A DNA stretch of 54,182 nucleotides, from positions 1-54,182 of the forward strand of contig NIVC01004223.1 in NCBI GenBank assembly GCA_002269645.1. Direction: 5' to 3'. The stretch is from Macrostomum lignano (taxonomy: Eukaryota). Shown here in pieces: positions 41,055 to 53,335 of this stretch. Position 1 is the stretch's first letter. Every line of letters begins with the position of its first letter. Under the pieces are notes generated by a model, which saw only the letters and a program-made list of their open reading frames with translations, searched no databases and was not told the origin of the DNA. A program made the translations under genes and the position numbers.

Positions 41055-43689
41055 AATTAAGATTACATAACATTGCCACTTCTTTTGTCCAGATAATTAT
41101 TTTGCTGAGTTGCCTTTGATTGTTGACGAAATGTTCTGCAGCTGTTAATTACATTGCTTGTAAGTGCTATTTAGTAAGCTAATGTAATAGAAAATTAAAA
41201 AAAATAAATAAAATCGGGATTTGTGGAGCAAAACAATCCATTAAGCTTTATGTATTTGTTTAAACCGTTCAAATGTTCAAAACTGCTTCTTTCTTCGAAG
41301 CCGTAAATAATTCTGATGTTTTCATTATCATGTTAATATAACAGACTTCTCATTCTTTATTTATCAGTAGTTTTTCGCTTTTTAAAATAATATTTGATAT
41401 TTAGTTACTTTACTAAAAAAGTAAACGATAGACTTATGCTTATTTTATCAACATAAATAAGGCTAAGGCCAGGGTAAGGGTAGAGAAACAGGCAGGCAGG
41501 CACCACACCAGCACAGCACCAGGGACCAGGGTTAATTTGATGGGAATAGTTCCAGCATATCGCGCAAGCAAACCTCTTTGATACGATTTGTTCCAGCGCA
41601 TGGCTCATTCTAACTTTTTTGATAGGATTCATTCTGGCGCAGACATGCCATGTCTATGATCCTGACTAGTCTATGGACCTAGGCTAGGGCTCTTTTTTAT
41701 TTACTATTATATTTAATAGTAGTAATATCAAATATCTTAAAGCATTTATACTAGTTAATCTAATATTATATTCTATATAGATCAATTGTCTCATAATGTG
41801 CCAGCTACACAGGAACATTTTAGGCTGCCACAAAAATTGTGTGCGGCGCAGTGTGCAGCCAGCAGTTATGCTTTGCATGCGGGACCTGTGGGAAGTTGCA
41901 ACAATAAAGGGTCTTTTTTGCAATTGCAACAATAAAGGACCTTTTTGCAGTTGCCAGTTCCAACAACTATATGCACTACACATGGATTCATTAAATTCAT
42001 TTACAAAAAATGCAACTTTACATTAATTACATCAATTACATTGTTCAGCAATACTAACATTAAAAAACAATGACTAAAATTTGTAGGCCTAACACCATTA
42101 GTATAATTAATATATACACAAAGAAAAACAGTTCTGAGATCTATTTTTTCCTTGCATTTATAGAACTCCATCATAGACTTTTTAAAAAGTAAAAGTTTAA
42201 CAAAACAAAAAAATAGTTCTTTAGTTTTTAGTGCACCAATGCTGCCCAGCAGCATACAAATTTGCTATGTGCAGTAAGCACACAGCTATATATAGGTGGT
42301 AATGGCTCCATGCCACGCTGTGTGCATGCGCAGCACAGATATTCGAAAGCCCATCTGTGCAGGAATTTTTAATAAACATTTTTGTAAAAAGCTATAGCAA
42401 ATATAGATAGATATGGTCAAGAATTGTGATCTCTAGAGTGTTATAGACAAGCATATAAACAAACTTTAGAGATTTAGTATATTTAGATTTTTTATTATAA
42501 CCTGGCTTTACATATTTAATTTTTAGCTTTAATATTTATAGTGATATTTAGGTCAAATAGATAATAACTTAATATAAGAAATGAGAAATAATAAGAAGTG
42601 TTGCATAGAAGAATAGCAATTTGTTATTATTGATTAGTAAATAGTGCATTCTGTTTAGCTATGATGTTGTTACAAGTATGTTACCCTAGTTTAATAGTAC
42701 AATTAAATCACTTGTCATATATTGTATAAGTGGTAGTCTAAGCTCACTCAAACTTACTGCCTAACCTTACTACTATCAATCCCATTTACTGCTCTATACT
42801 ATTGCACTAATAATTGTTACTACTAAAATATCTAACTCACTTTACTTCTGTATTCAAAATTGTAACTTCACCATATTGTAGCTGTTTAATTGACTGCTTT
42901 AAAAAATTATTATACTACATCAAGAAAAGTTTTTTTCCAAAATTACTTTTGCCATTATGATTAGTTTATTATTATACTAGTCATTCTTGGCACTTTTTAA
43001 ATATCAAGATTTGATTGAGATTCAATTAAAAAAGTCAACATCTCTAATAACAACTGGAGATCAAGATCTTACCCAACCTCTAATATACTTGTATATTATA
43101 GTCACCATGTCAATCTGGATTAATTTAGAAGAAAATTATATTCATACACTAAAATTCTCATACTCATGATTACAAAACAACTTAACCAGTTACAACCAAC
43201 ATTTTAAATTTCTATTTCAGATAGTTCCTCCCCCTGCAAGGTTTTGGTATCATCAGCTGCATTACTGAATGAAATTAAAGGCAATCTGCAGACTATGTAA
43301 TCGAGGTAAGAATGCTATGACCATATGGCAACTGTTGACATCTGAACAGAATGAAATAGTATGTGTCATGGTCATGGAACATCAACTTTAATTTTGGCAT
43401 CCTAAATTTGTAGATCATTAAATGTTTAATTGGCATCCCATTTTTAAGCTAGATAATGATTTGGTTTTGGTTTCATATTTTTGTAATTGATGTTTTATTT
43501 GAAGTATCAGTAACTTAATTATTTCCTTATTAATTAATCTCTATACATAGGGCCTTTAGACTTTTGCAAGTTCTGCAGGCTGGAGAGGCTCAGCAGTGTA
43601 AAGGGTAGGGTAGAGATGCCAAAGTTTTTGACTAATGCCAGTTTGGAATCTTTGATTCTGGTTTTCAGTTGGGAGCACAGATACTAGAA

Positions 43690-44112
43690 TAACTAGATGG
43701 GCCACTCAGCACATTTGCGTGTAAGCTACTTTCAGTTCAGTAGTAAGTTAAACTAAAGCATTTTAATGCATTTTAAAAGCCAAGGCTTATTTATTGGCTC
43801 TTAACCCCCCCCCCCCAGCTTAAACCCTCCAACCGCGCCTTTCCGCACTTACCCCCTCCGTCCCGCCCCAATTTTTATTGCCATTCTTGGAATTCCAGCC
43901 TAAAGCTTCCATGTACATTTCAGTGGACTGGCCAATGTACATTATTGCTGAACCAATTAGCAAGTTGTTTACGCCTGCAAGATTTGGCTTCCAAACCTAC
44001 CAAAGTCATTTCAGCTGCCTTTATTTTTATAAAATAGCTTATGTATTCTTCTTTGCTACCGAACTGAAAGTAGAAAGCTGCTTTACAAGTATATATGCCT
44101 GAGTGGCCCATA
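43690..44112. mobile_element. MITE-like element, copy 2
   Basis: Nested inverted repeats GGGCCACTCAG/CTGAGTGGCCC and CTACTTTCAGTTC(A/G)GTAG. Homologous to 25235-25570. Confidence 0.72.
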
Positions 44113-47100
44113 TATTTATTTCACTATGTGTGGTTGGAAGTGGGTTCACAAATGAAATTTCACAACGTCAAAAGCGCCTTTCTTCACAAGATTGAAATTT
44201 CACGAAATTAATGTGTTTAGTTACTACTTCTAGCCACAGAATATTCTGTGCTTCTAGCTACTCAGTTACAAGTAGTATAATCTTAATAATGTTTACTACT
44301 GACTGATTTCAAGGTTGGCCAGCACGCAGTCGCGCTTATCACAGCATAGCGTGGATACCGCAGGCCCGAGACGCCGACTCTGCTGTCGCCGCCTCAGGCC
44401 GGCAGAACTCTGTCAGACGATGCTGCAGCGAAGCCAAATCCGACGCTGATGATGAGTCATCGATTACAGCTAGACAAGTGGTTGCATTGTCAGCTTTTGT
44501 CCTGCTTGTGTCCTGCAAGTACGCCTTATATTATAAATACTATGGACAGAGTTCTAATAGAAATAGTGTTGATGGCAGTTGCCACACCGGCAGTGACGAG
44601 TCTGTCAAGTAGTATGAAGCGAACATTATTAGCGTTAATAATTAACCAATGAGTTGGGTATTTAGGCAGTTATTAATCAAATAATGTTCATCGTGTTCTC
44701 TTTTTGCGGCTTTCGATGTGAAAAAATAACTTTGATGATTTGTGATTTCTTTGCAAAATTTCGTTTTCGTACGACATAGGAAGATTTCGAGAATGGAAAA
44801 GTTGCTTTTAGAATTTTGTTTATCAATCAATCAAAACTTACTATTTTTCTAACCCTATCACAAGCTGGCAAATTTTGCTGGAGTATATTCTAGAATGCTT
44901 TAGTTTTTCTCAACACTAAATACCCAGTAGTTATCTCGCTTTCTGGACTCAAGTTTATCAGAAATTTTTTTTGAGAAAAAAAGAGTATTTATTGAAGAGC
45001 GGCAACGCTAAAACTAAACTTGTGTCTTTTAAAACGGATCTATCTCGCAAAGATTTGCGATAGATTTTGCATAGCGCCGAATGAGGTTTTGCCATAGACA
45101 GATCTGAAACTTTGCTTGGTTGGCGATCTCCCCCAAACATTTCATTATACCATTTCAATCTGTAGAGTTTAGCAAAAGTGACTACTGTAACAAACTAACT
45201 GATAAAAGCAAGATAAAAACATAAAACAGTCACTGTCACTGCTTTAGTGATCCAACTGTCACATGGAACTGACTCTACCTAAGGCAGTATATAGATTCTG
45301 TGTGTTTCTGTATGAATTTACTTCATGTTCATTAGTTTAGGCTCTCATCTTCTCTATAACTAAAGTTGGAGTGTACTTTTCATTTTTGGTATTGCTACGT
45401 AATAACTGTATCTGCCTCATTCTGCAGTAAATTTTTCTTTAAAAAATATATGTAATTGTTGATAAGAGTAATTTTTATAACAAAACATGCAATTTCGTTT
45501 TTCGAGTTTCTTTATTTACAAATTAGCACCTTTACACCGTTGGCACGTTTTCTTCGACGATAAACTGACGTCTGCGTCTCTCGGTCGAACAACTCCCCAA
45601 TTTTCGTGTGATCAACCGGCTTGTACTTTATGCGTCATTCGGTTTACATGTAATAATAGCTCATTGGATGGCCGTATGAACAAATGAAATTAATAGCGAG
45701 AATTTTTTTCAAGACTCAAGTGGCACCATAGCTGCATACAATAACGTAGGCTTACCCATTTTAAAATGGTCCAATTAAAGTATGTTTTAGTCCGAGTGTG
45801 ATTTATAAATTGCTGAGAAAGTTAAAACAATTTTGTCGATTTTGTCAACTGGCAATGCTTAAAATAGGATAATCACGACTACTAAGCCTTTTACCATACA
45901 TGTTCTACATGTAAACAAACTTATTAGAGAAAAACCTTGACTAGAGATACTGTATATAGAACCATCCAGAAGTAAAACAAATATAGAGGTACTCAGCAAC
46001 ATGTACACTTAATACAGAGGTGCACTCAACGTACATGCGCCTCTTTATCTGTAACTTACGTAATTCATATAGTAGTGAAATTCACAGGCATCATTACAAT
46101 TGGGTGGCCCTTGTTATAGCTTGACTATATTTTTAAAATATTGTATGATAATGTCAGTACATGTATGAAGTTTCTACTTTAACAAATGCAGCTGTGGTAC
46201 TATTTTTGAAATTAATAGAGCTTTATGCTCGTACAACCGGACAGACAGACACATCTTAGACAACTAGTTTTGGTGCATGGATGTTCTAAGGATTTAATAT
46301 TATCTGTTGTCTGTTAGCTGTTTCTCGGTTCATTTTTTGGCATGATGCCAGCTAACTGTCCAGCTCCCACACATTCAGTAGGCATACACATTTATATGCC
46401 ATAGATATTACAGAATCATTTAATTTCCAACTTCGTTGAAGTCATGGCAATAAGTTGGCAAGTATGACCGTGTACACTGTACACGCTGGCCAGCTGCATC
46501 ACATGATTCGTAATTTAAATTTTAAAGGGAAATTTTCAATTTTAATACTGCTTTTGCAGTACTTACAAAAAGCATAAAATATTAGGATTGTAAATGTTCC
46601 ATAAGATATTTATTACTTTAAGTGGCGCTAATTTTAAGTTGCACATGTATGTAAATAGGTATCACTATAAATCTATAATTAAAAAAACTAGGAGCCTATT
46701 TATTCCTATATATTAAAATGGCATCATTTAAAGTTGCACATAAATTTCTAGTTTTTTAGTACAATCAGATTCATAATTAAACAAAATATTAAAATATAGG
46801 CCCATAGTCCAGATCATGCTAGGTGCATGATGCCCATTTTCAAAACTAAGAAGTTGTCTGTAACAATAAATGACCTTTTTATGTGTGAGAATAAAATACA
46901 TTTTTTTAAATTGCATAATGGACCCTTTTGGCAAATAATTTCATTAATTTTTCTACTTTTTTTGACAATATTTTTCATAGTAGAAAAATGATATATGCAA
47001 AGATTTGTTTAAATGTTTTAATATAAGCTTTTAAAACCTAGAAAACTTGAAATTTATGCTTAAAATGAGCTTTTTTCATCTTTTTTACTCCATAATAACT

Positions 47101-48946
47101 TTTCCATGTGATTCTTTGAAGTGCATACTAGGTATGCATGTACATTATTTTTTAGGAGTGATGATACATGCCAACTGTGCATGCCTACTAAGAAGGCCAA
47201 TGCATGCCCAAGTTTTTGGGCATATACTATATGATCTGGAGTATGATATAGGCCTAATAAATTGGCTATCCTATAGAACTGTTTGTAAAACTTACTTTAT
47301 GCATATTTTTTAGCTATTGATATGAAACTTTTCAAAAATGAATATTTTCATTATACTAATTTTTTAAGCATTTTAGCATTAAAACTCTATTGTGGGGGTT
47401 GCAACTTAATTTTCATTTGCAATTACTGGGTTTTTCTGACTTTTGACAACTATTAACAATTATGCAATTTTGAATTTGTGCACTGATGTCATTGGCAAAA
47501 AAACGTGTCTATGATCAAAATTAGTTACAAACTTTGGGGCCTTAAAGAAAAAAGGTTTAGGGTTAGAAATATTTTTTGCTAAGCTACAAATACTGCAAAT
47601 AAATCCATATATTAAAAATGGTTTTTCGGTAGGTATATCTATCTATCTTCTTAAAAATGGCTAGCAGACAACTTTCTTATAGTCAGGAAGATGGCCTTTT
47701 TTATGGAAAATTCTAGTGCAAAAGGGGGTTGGACATCTGGTGCAATAGCAAGCAAGGGAGAAAAATCCCATTGCAGTATGGCACAAGATACAAAAAATTG
47801 GCACAATTTGTTGCAAGACAAAAACTTCTGACAGGACAATATTTTCTCTGATAGAAAATTAGCATGTTATTTCTTCCATAAAACATTGTATTTTCCATGA
47901 AACAGATTCAAATACAAGTTTTGCCAGTATTTTTTGAATGGAAAATTACTATTTTTTGCATTTTTCATGAAGTTGCGGCACACAGCGTATTCAAACTTTT
48001 TTGATAGGATTTGTTCCGGTGCAAGCATTCCATGATCCTGACTATGGTAACATTCTACCCCAACATGCAATAAAAGTTAAGTTGCAATTTTGGCTTGCTT
48101 TTTACACAATTGTATATTTCAATATGTTGTGCTATGACCTTAAAAAGTTAGGTTTAATTCATGATATTCACACATTGTGATTGGCAAAAAACAACATGTG
48201 ATTTTTTCCTTGTGATCATGACTGTGATCATAGTTGATCCCTACATTTTTGTTTAACTTGTCATTTTGAAAGTTCAAATATGTTTTGTTTAAAAAGGCTA
48301 AAATCTTAGAAGATAGGTTCTAAGATAATTTAAGGTGCGAATCTTACAAATCTATATGGTATTTTTATCTATAAGTACCTAGCCCAGGAAGGAACATAAA
48401 GGCAATGGCCTCTATATAAACATATATTTACTGGTCTGAAAAAAAGGAGCATCAATACTTAAAAAATAAGAGGAAAATATGAATAATAGCTAGTAAGAGC
48501 AGGAATGACAAAGCCAATGCTTAAACCAAGCCATGCTAATGTGCAGTAAAATGATATGTACTTGATTTCTAAGTGTATGTCTATAGGTTTTCAACATTAA
48601 TTCCATTGGGGATTTCTACCATTTCAAATATAAATTATTTCAATTTAACTTTATGCATGTATACTGGGGTTTTTGTTAGACATTGTAAAGTGTAGCTCAA
48701 ATGATTATTTTCTTAATGTAATAATAGAAAACGTTTTTTTCACTTTTTATTATCACTACACTAGCTAACATGCTAAACTTGCATGCAAAATTTCCCAACT
48801 TTCAGTCAAGTTACTTCTGATTTTAGAACTTTTGCTGAAGAAGAAACTGCTGAAAAACAAAAGCAATTCAGCCTAGTAGTTGACTGCTAGGCAGTTTTCT
48901 CTACTTCAATCAGAACTGTCTATAATTTTCAAATTGTCTCGAGGTT

Positions 48947-49234
48947 TTGGCCTGGCACGACCAAAGCCCCCAAAGCAGAGTGCAAACGCTGGCTGATAAA
49001 AAGCAACAACAGCAGAAGCAGCAGGCTGGCGCAGATGGCGAGAAATTTGCTGGCGCTTTCATTCCATCCAGCGGCAGCTATGCCAATCTGCCTCCGCTTG
49101 GCATGGCGCCACCGCCACCGCAGACTCAGCCGCAGCAAACTGGTACGGCCACCGCAGCTGCATCGCCGTGGAAAAGTCAGAAACCAGCAGCAGCAATAGA
49201 CACGTTTGAACAGCAAGGGGCAAGTGCAATCTGA
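48947..49234 (+). CDS. Possible coding exon or short ORF, Q/P/A-rich
   Basis: GC-rich island in AT-rich DNA encoding KKQQQQKQQAG...PPPPQTQPQQ. No recognisable domain, and splice sites are not resolved. Confidence 0.35.
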   Translation: MAWHDQSPQSRVQTLADKKQQQQKQQAGADGEKFAGAFIPSSGSYANLPPLGMAPPPPQTQPQQTGTATAAASPWKSQKPAAAIDTFEQQGASAI

Positions 49235-49331
49235 GCAATGCTGATGATTAGGAATTGACGTTATTTAGTAGTCAGATCCTGTAATGCCGAACTACAGATT
49301 TTGAAACACCTAGGAAGTGTTGAACGATTCT

Positions 49332-50136
49332 GAAGCACCTGGGAACGGTAGCAGGTTCCAAGATGCACCTGGGAACGGTAGCAGGTTCCAAGATGCACCT
49401 GGGAACGGTAGCAGGTTCCAAGATGCACCTGAGAACGGTAGCAGGTTCCAAGATGCACCTGGGAACGGTAGCAGGTTCCAAGATGCACCTGAGAACGGTA
49501 GCAGGTTCCAAGATGCACCTGGGAACGGTAGCAGGTTCCAAGATGCACCTGGGAACGGTAGCAGAACCCTGGAAGCACCTGAGAACGGTAGCAGGACCAT
49601 GGAAGCATCTGGGAACGGTACCAGGACCCTGGAAGCACCTGGGAACGGTATCAGGACCCTGGAAGCACCTGGGAACGGCATCGGACCCTGGAAACACCTG
49701 GGAACGGTATCAGGACCCTGGAAGCACCTGGGAACTGTATCAGGACCCTGGAAGCACCTGGGAACTGTATCAGGACCCTGGAAGCACCTGGGAACGGTAT
49801 CAGGACCCTGGAAGCACCTGGGAACGGTATCAGGACCCTGGAAGCACCTGGGAACGGTATCAGGACCCTGGAAGCACCTGGGAACGGTATCAGGACCCTG
49901 GAAGCACCTGGGAACGGTATCAGGACCCTGGAAGCACCTGGGAACGGTATCAGGACCCTGGAAGCACCTGGGAACTGTATCAGGATCCTGGAAGCACCTG
50001 GGAACGGTATCAGGACCCTGGAAGCACCTGGGAACGGTATCAGGACCCTGGAAGCACCTGGGAACGGTATCAGGACCCTGGAAGCACCTGGGAACGGTAG
50101 CAGGTTCCCGGAAGCACTGGGGAACGGTAGCCAGGC
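49332..50136. repeat. 30-bp minisatellite, ~27 copies, two unit subtypes
   Basis: GGGAACGGTAGCAGGTTCCAAGATGCACCT at the 5' end and GGGAACGGTATCAGGACCCTGGAAGCACCT further 3'. Confidence 0.95.
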
Positions 50137-50283
50137 CTAGTAAGGCCTCTGAAACCCTATTGTAAAGAGTAGCACGGGCCTCCCATATGTTTAATGTCTA
50201 CGAAATCCGTAGCCAGATATATTTTTATACTTTTTGATGATATTAATGTTATACGCATGCGTCCATGGAAATTCTTCATTCAG

Positions 50284-50649
50284 GATGACGCAGATTTTCC
50301 ACCGCCGCCCCCGTGCGCCACTGCTGGCGGCGTCAAGTCTTCTTCAGCGGCGGGTGTTAACCAACAGCAGGCTCTGTTTCCATCGCCTACAGCTTTCTCA
50401 TTGGAGCCCACTCCGCCGCCACCGCCGCCGCCGCCGCCACCGCCGCCGCCGCAAGCTCCAACTTCAGCGGCTGTCCGTTTCGACCAGCGCAGCAGCGGTG
50501 GCGGCGGAGCTGGCGGCTCATTGAGCTCGCTGACTGGCGGCAGCGGCCGTCGGTTGGAGCTGTGCCGCGCCTGCGGTCAGTTCCACGAGCCCGGCGGGGC
50601 GCACCTGTACGACTATAACCAGCCCATTGACGATGATCTGCTGTGCAGG
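50284..50649 (+). CDS. LNX: LNX-like (ligand of Numb X) RING E3 ligase, exon upstream of the RING
   Basis: Acceptor ttcattcag/GAT and donor AGG/gtaagg. Encodes ...LCRACGQFHEPGGAHLYDYNQPIDDDLLCR, matching the LNX C..CGQ.H....HLY.Y...VDDDL.C pattern. The 5' boundary is inferred. Confidence 0.75.
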
Positions 50650-51208
50650 GTAAGGCGTTCTGGCTTCTTTCTTTTCAGACGTCAGACTCGATGTGGGGTG
50701 CCAAAGACTGTCAGTCATTTTAAACAACTCACTCAAGGGCAGGGGTCTTGTCTCATTCCATCTCTCGCCTCTCCTCTCCCCTCTGATCTCTATCTCTTCC
50801 CCCTCCTTTCCTCTCTCATCTGGCCCTGAGCTGGGTTGTTTATCTTGCCCTTGAGGTTAAAAGGTTTGCCGACTTGAGTCGCGAGCGCACCATGTGAGTT
50901 GCGGAACCGTAAAAGAGTCGTGTTAGCGCTTTACGTCCTACTGACTCAAGTAGGCTAAATAGAGTTTTTACAAATGCGAAAGCTATTCTAATTCATGTAG
51001 AGTGACGCAGATGCGCTTTAGGCGCAACTCAGTGATTCTGCAGCGACTCCAGCACGCCTCAGATACGACTCTACGGTCTCAGAGTCACTGTGACTTTTAG
51101 GTGACTCTGGCGAATTTTTGGCGACTTGTACCGTGACATCTCGTCGTTGATTCGTTTTTTAGTCGTCTGTAGTCACATCTTTCCTATTTTTACATGTGCT
51201 ACCTGCAA

Positions 51209-51318
51209 GGGGTTGTAGCCTAGTGGTTAGAGCGTCGGACTCACGACTTGAAGGTCGGGGGTTCGATTCTCGACTCACTCGGAACAACAAGCAGGACACT
51301 TAACAAGCAGGACACTTA
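51209..51318 (+). mobile_element. Truncated tRNA-derived SINE head
   Basis: A-box TAGCCTAGTGG and B-box GGTTCGATTCT, with an imperfect anticodon stem. Followed by AACAAGCAGGACACTT x2, resembling the ...GCAAGACACTT segment of SINE bodies. Confidence 0.65.
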
Positions 51319-51995
51319 GAGGAGAGAAAAAATGTCAAAAAAGGAAAAAGAGGGAAAAGAGTACAAGAGGAGAGAGGTGAGAGAACATATGAGAGTAAAG
51401 ATGACAGATAAGAGAGGGGAGATGAGAGAGCAGAAACGAGAGTGAACAGACGAGAGATGGGAGAGTAGAGAGAAAAGAGGAGAGATAAGAAATGAGAGAT
51501 GAGAGATAAGAAATGAGAGATGAGAGATAAGAAATGAGAGATGAGAGATAAGAAATGAGAGATGAGAGATGGAGACAAGGGAGAGATGAGAAGTGAGTGA
51601 GGAGAGAGGAGGGGAAGGGAGAGAATCGAGAGGACAGGGGAAATTGGTGAAAAGGACGAGAGAGTAGAGGAAAGAGGGGAGAGATTAGAGAGAAGAGAGA
51701 TAAGACAGGAGAGAGCAGAGAGATGAGAGGAGAGAGAGAGGAGAAAGAGCAGAGAGAAATGAAAAGAGATAAAAGAGGAGAAAGGAGATATGAGAGACCA
51801 GAGACCAGAGAGAAGAGAGGAGAGGAGAGAAAAAGAAGTGAGAGAATTGAGAGGGGAGAGAGGAGAGAGGACAGAGGAGAGAAGAAAGAAGAGATAATAA
51901 GGAGAGAGAGAAGAGACGAGAGAGAAGATAGGAAACAGAAAAGAAGATGGAAGTTTCAAAGTATCCGGGGACATAGGGAGAGGCAGAGGTAGAGG
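51319..51995. repeat. Purine-rich (GA) low-complexity tract
   Basis: Almost pure A/G, including GAGATAAGAAATGAGAGATGA repeats. Confidence 0.9.
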
Positions 51996-52568
51996 CCAGA
52001 GTTTGCCTGACATTCTGCGCAGCACCCGAGCCAACAATATCAATGCTTGCTTAAAATCCTAATTTTACACGAATGTACTCTATTTTATGTTTAACTCCAT
52101 CCTAACTATTAACAAGTTTTTGTTTGAGTTTGACCTCAGATTTTAGAATACATGTAAAAATAATTCCGGGGAATGGAGCTCCCGGGTTCAAAATCTGCGG
52201 GTTTCAACAGCTTGTTGTTATTATTATTATTATTACCTGCAACAACTCAATTATTAGTAAGTTGAGGATATTGCAAAAGAAAATATTAGCTACTGATATT
52301 ATCGAGACTGAGTTGAATGTCATCCGGGGTCCGTATTCAGGATGTCAAATGTTCAGTTGATGTGTCATGACACCGCTGTGACAGCATTCAAAAAAGTTAT
52401 CAGCTAATGACCAATGCCTTCAATATATTTTTAGACGTTTTTTGTAATTTGATCTGTAAAAAATGATTCAATTAAGGTGTGTCAATTATGAGTATAATGT
52501 AAACTTTTGTGGATTGAAGAAGCAGACTTTATGAAATATAGAATATGATAATAATATGTAAATTACAG

Positions 52569-52727
52569 CTGTGCCAGCAGCCGCTAGTTGACCCGTTGGA
52601 CACCCGCTGTGGTCACACGTTTTGCACCCCCTGCCTGCGTGTTCACCTGGCCCGCCAGGCTCTGTGCCCATCGATAAGAGCATCATCAATTTTCTGGAGT
52701 GCGCACCACGTCTGGTCTGGTCAAAAA
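52569..52727 (+). CDS. LNX: LNX-like RING exon
   Basis: Acceptor aattacag/CTG and donor AAAAA/gtgagt. LCQQPLVDPLDTRCGHTFCTPCLRVHLARQALCP continues the RING in phase 0 from exon 50284-50649. Confidence 0.8.
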
Positions 52728-52782
52728 GTGAGTTTGTTTGTCTATTTATCCTCTTCTACTGTTATAGTCGGCTTTATTGTTT

Positions 52783-53335
52783 GATGATCAAATTTATGGT
52801 TTGGTGATTATCAAATTTATGGTTTGGTGATTATCAAATTTATGGTTTGGTGCTTATCAAATTTATGGTTTGGTGATTATCAAATTTATGGTTTGGTGAT
52901 TATCAAATTTATGGTTTGGTGCTTATCAAATTTATGGTTTGGTGATTATCAAATTTATGGTTTGGTGATTATCAAATTTATGGTTTGGTGATTATCAAAA
53001 TTTTAATTTGATGCTTATCAAATTTATGATTTGGTGATTATCAAATTTATGATTTGGTGATTATCAAAATTTTAATTTGGTGATTATCAAATTTTTAATT
53101 TGGTGATTATCAAATTTATAATTTGGTGATTATAAAATTTATGATTTGGTGATGATCAAATTTATGATTTGTGATAAAATTTATGATTTGTGATCAAATT
53201 TATGATTTGTGAATATCAAATTTATGATTTGTGATCAAATTTATGATTTGTGATCAAATTTATGATTTGTGATTAAATTTATGATTTGTGATCAAATTTA
53301 CGGTTTGTGATGATCGAATTTATGGTTTTTGATCA
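52783..53335. repeat. AT-rich 23-bp to ~19-bp minisatellite
   Basis: TTATCAAATTTATGGTTTGGTGA grading into ATCAAATTTATGATTTGTG. Confidence 0.93.

Noticed and set aside
44313-44612. Open frame with a hydrophobic stretch (VVALSAFVLLVSCKYALYY)
   Set aside because: There is no start codon, only a weak acceptor and no homology cue. It cannot be supported without transcript data.
46800-48050. Possible decayed long-TIR element (CCATAGTC..GATCATG / CATGATC..GACTATGG)
   Set aside because: The inverted similarity is short and imperfect in AT-rich DNA, with no TSD.
51209-51282. Functional tRNA-Val(CAC) gene
   Set aside because: The anticodon and acceptor stems pair poorly and the downstream sequence resembles a SINE body.
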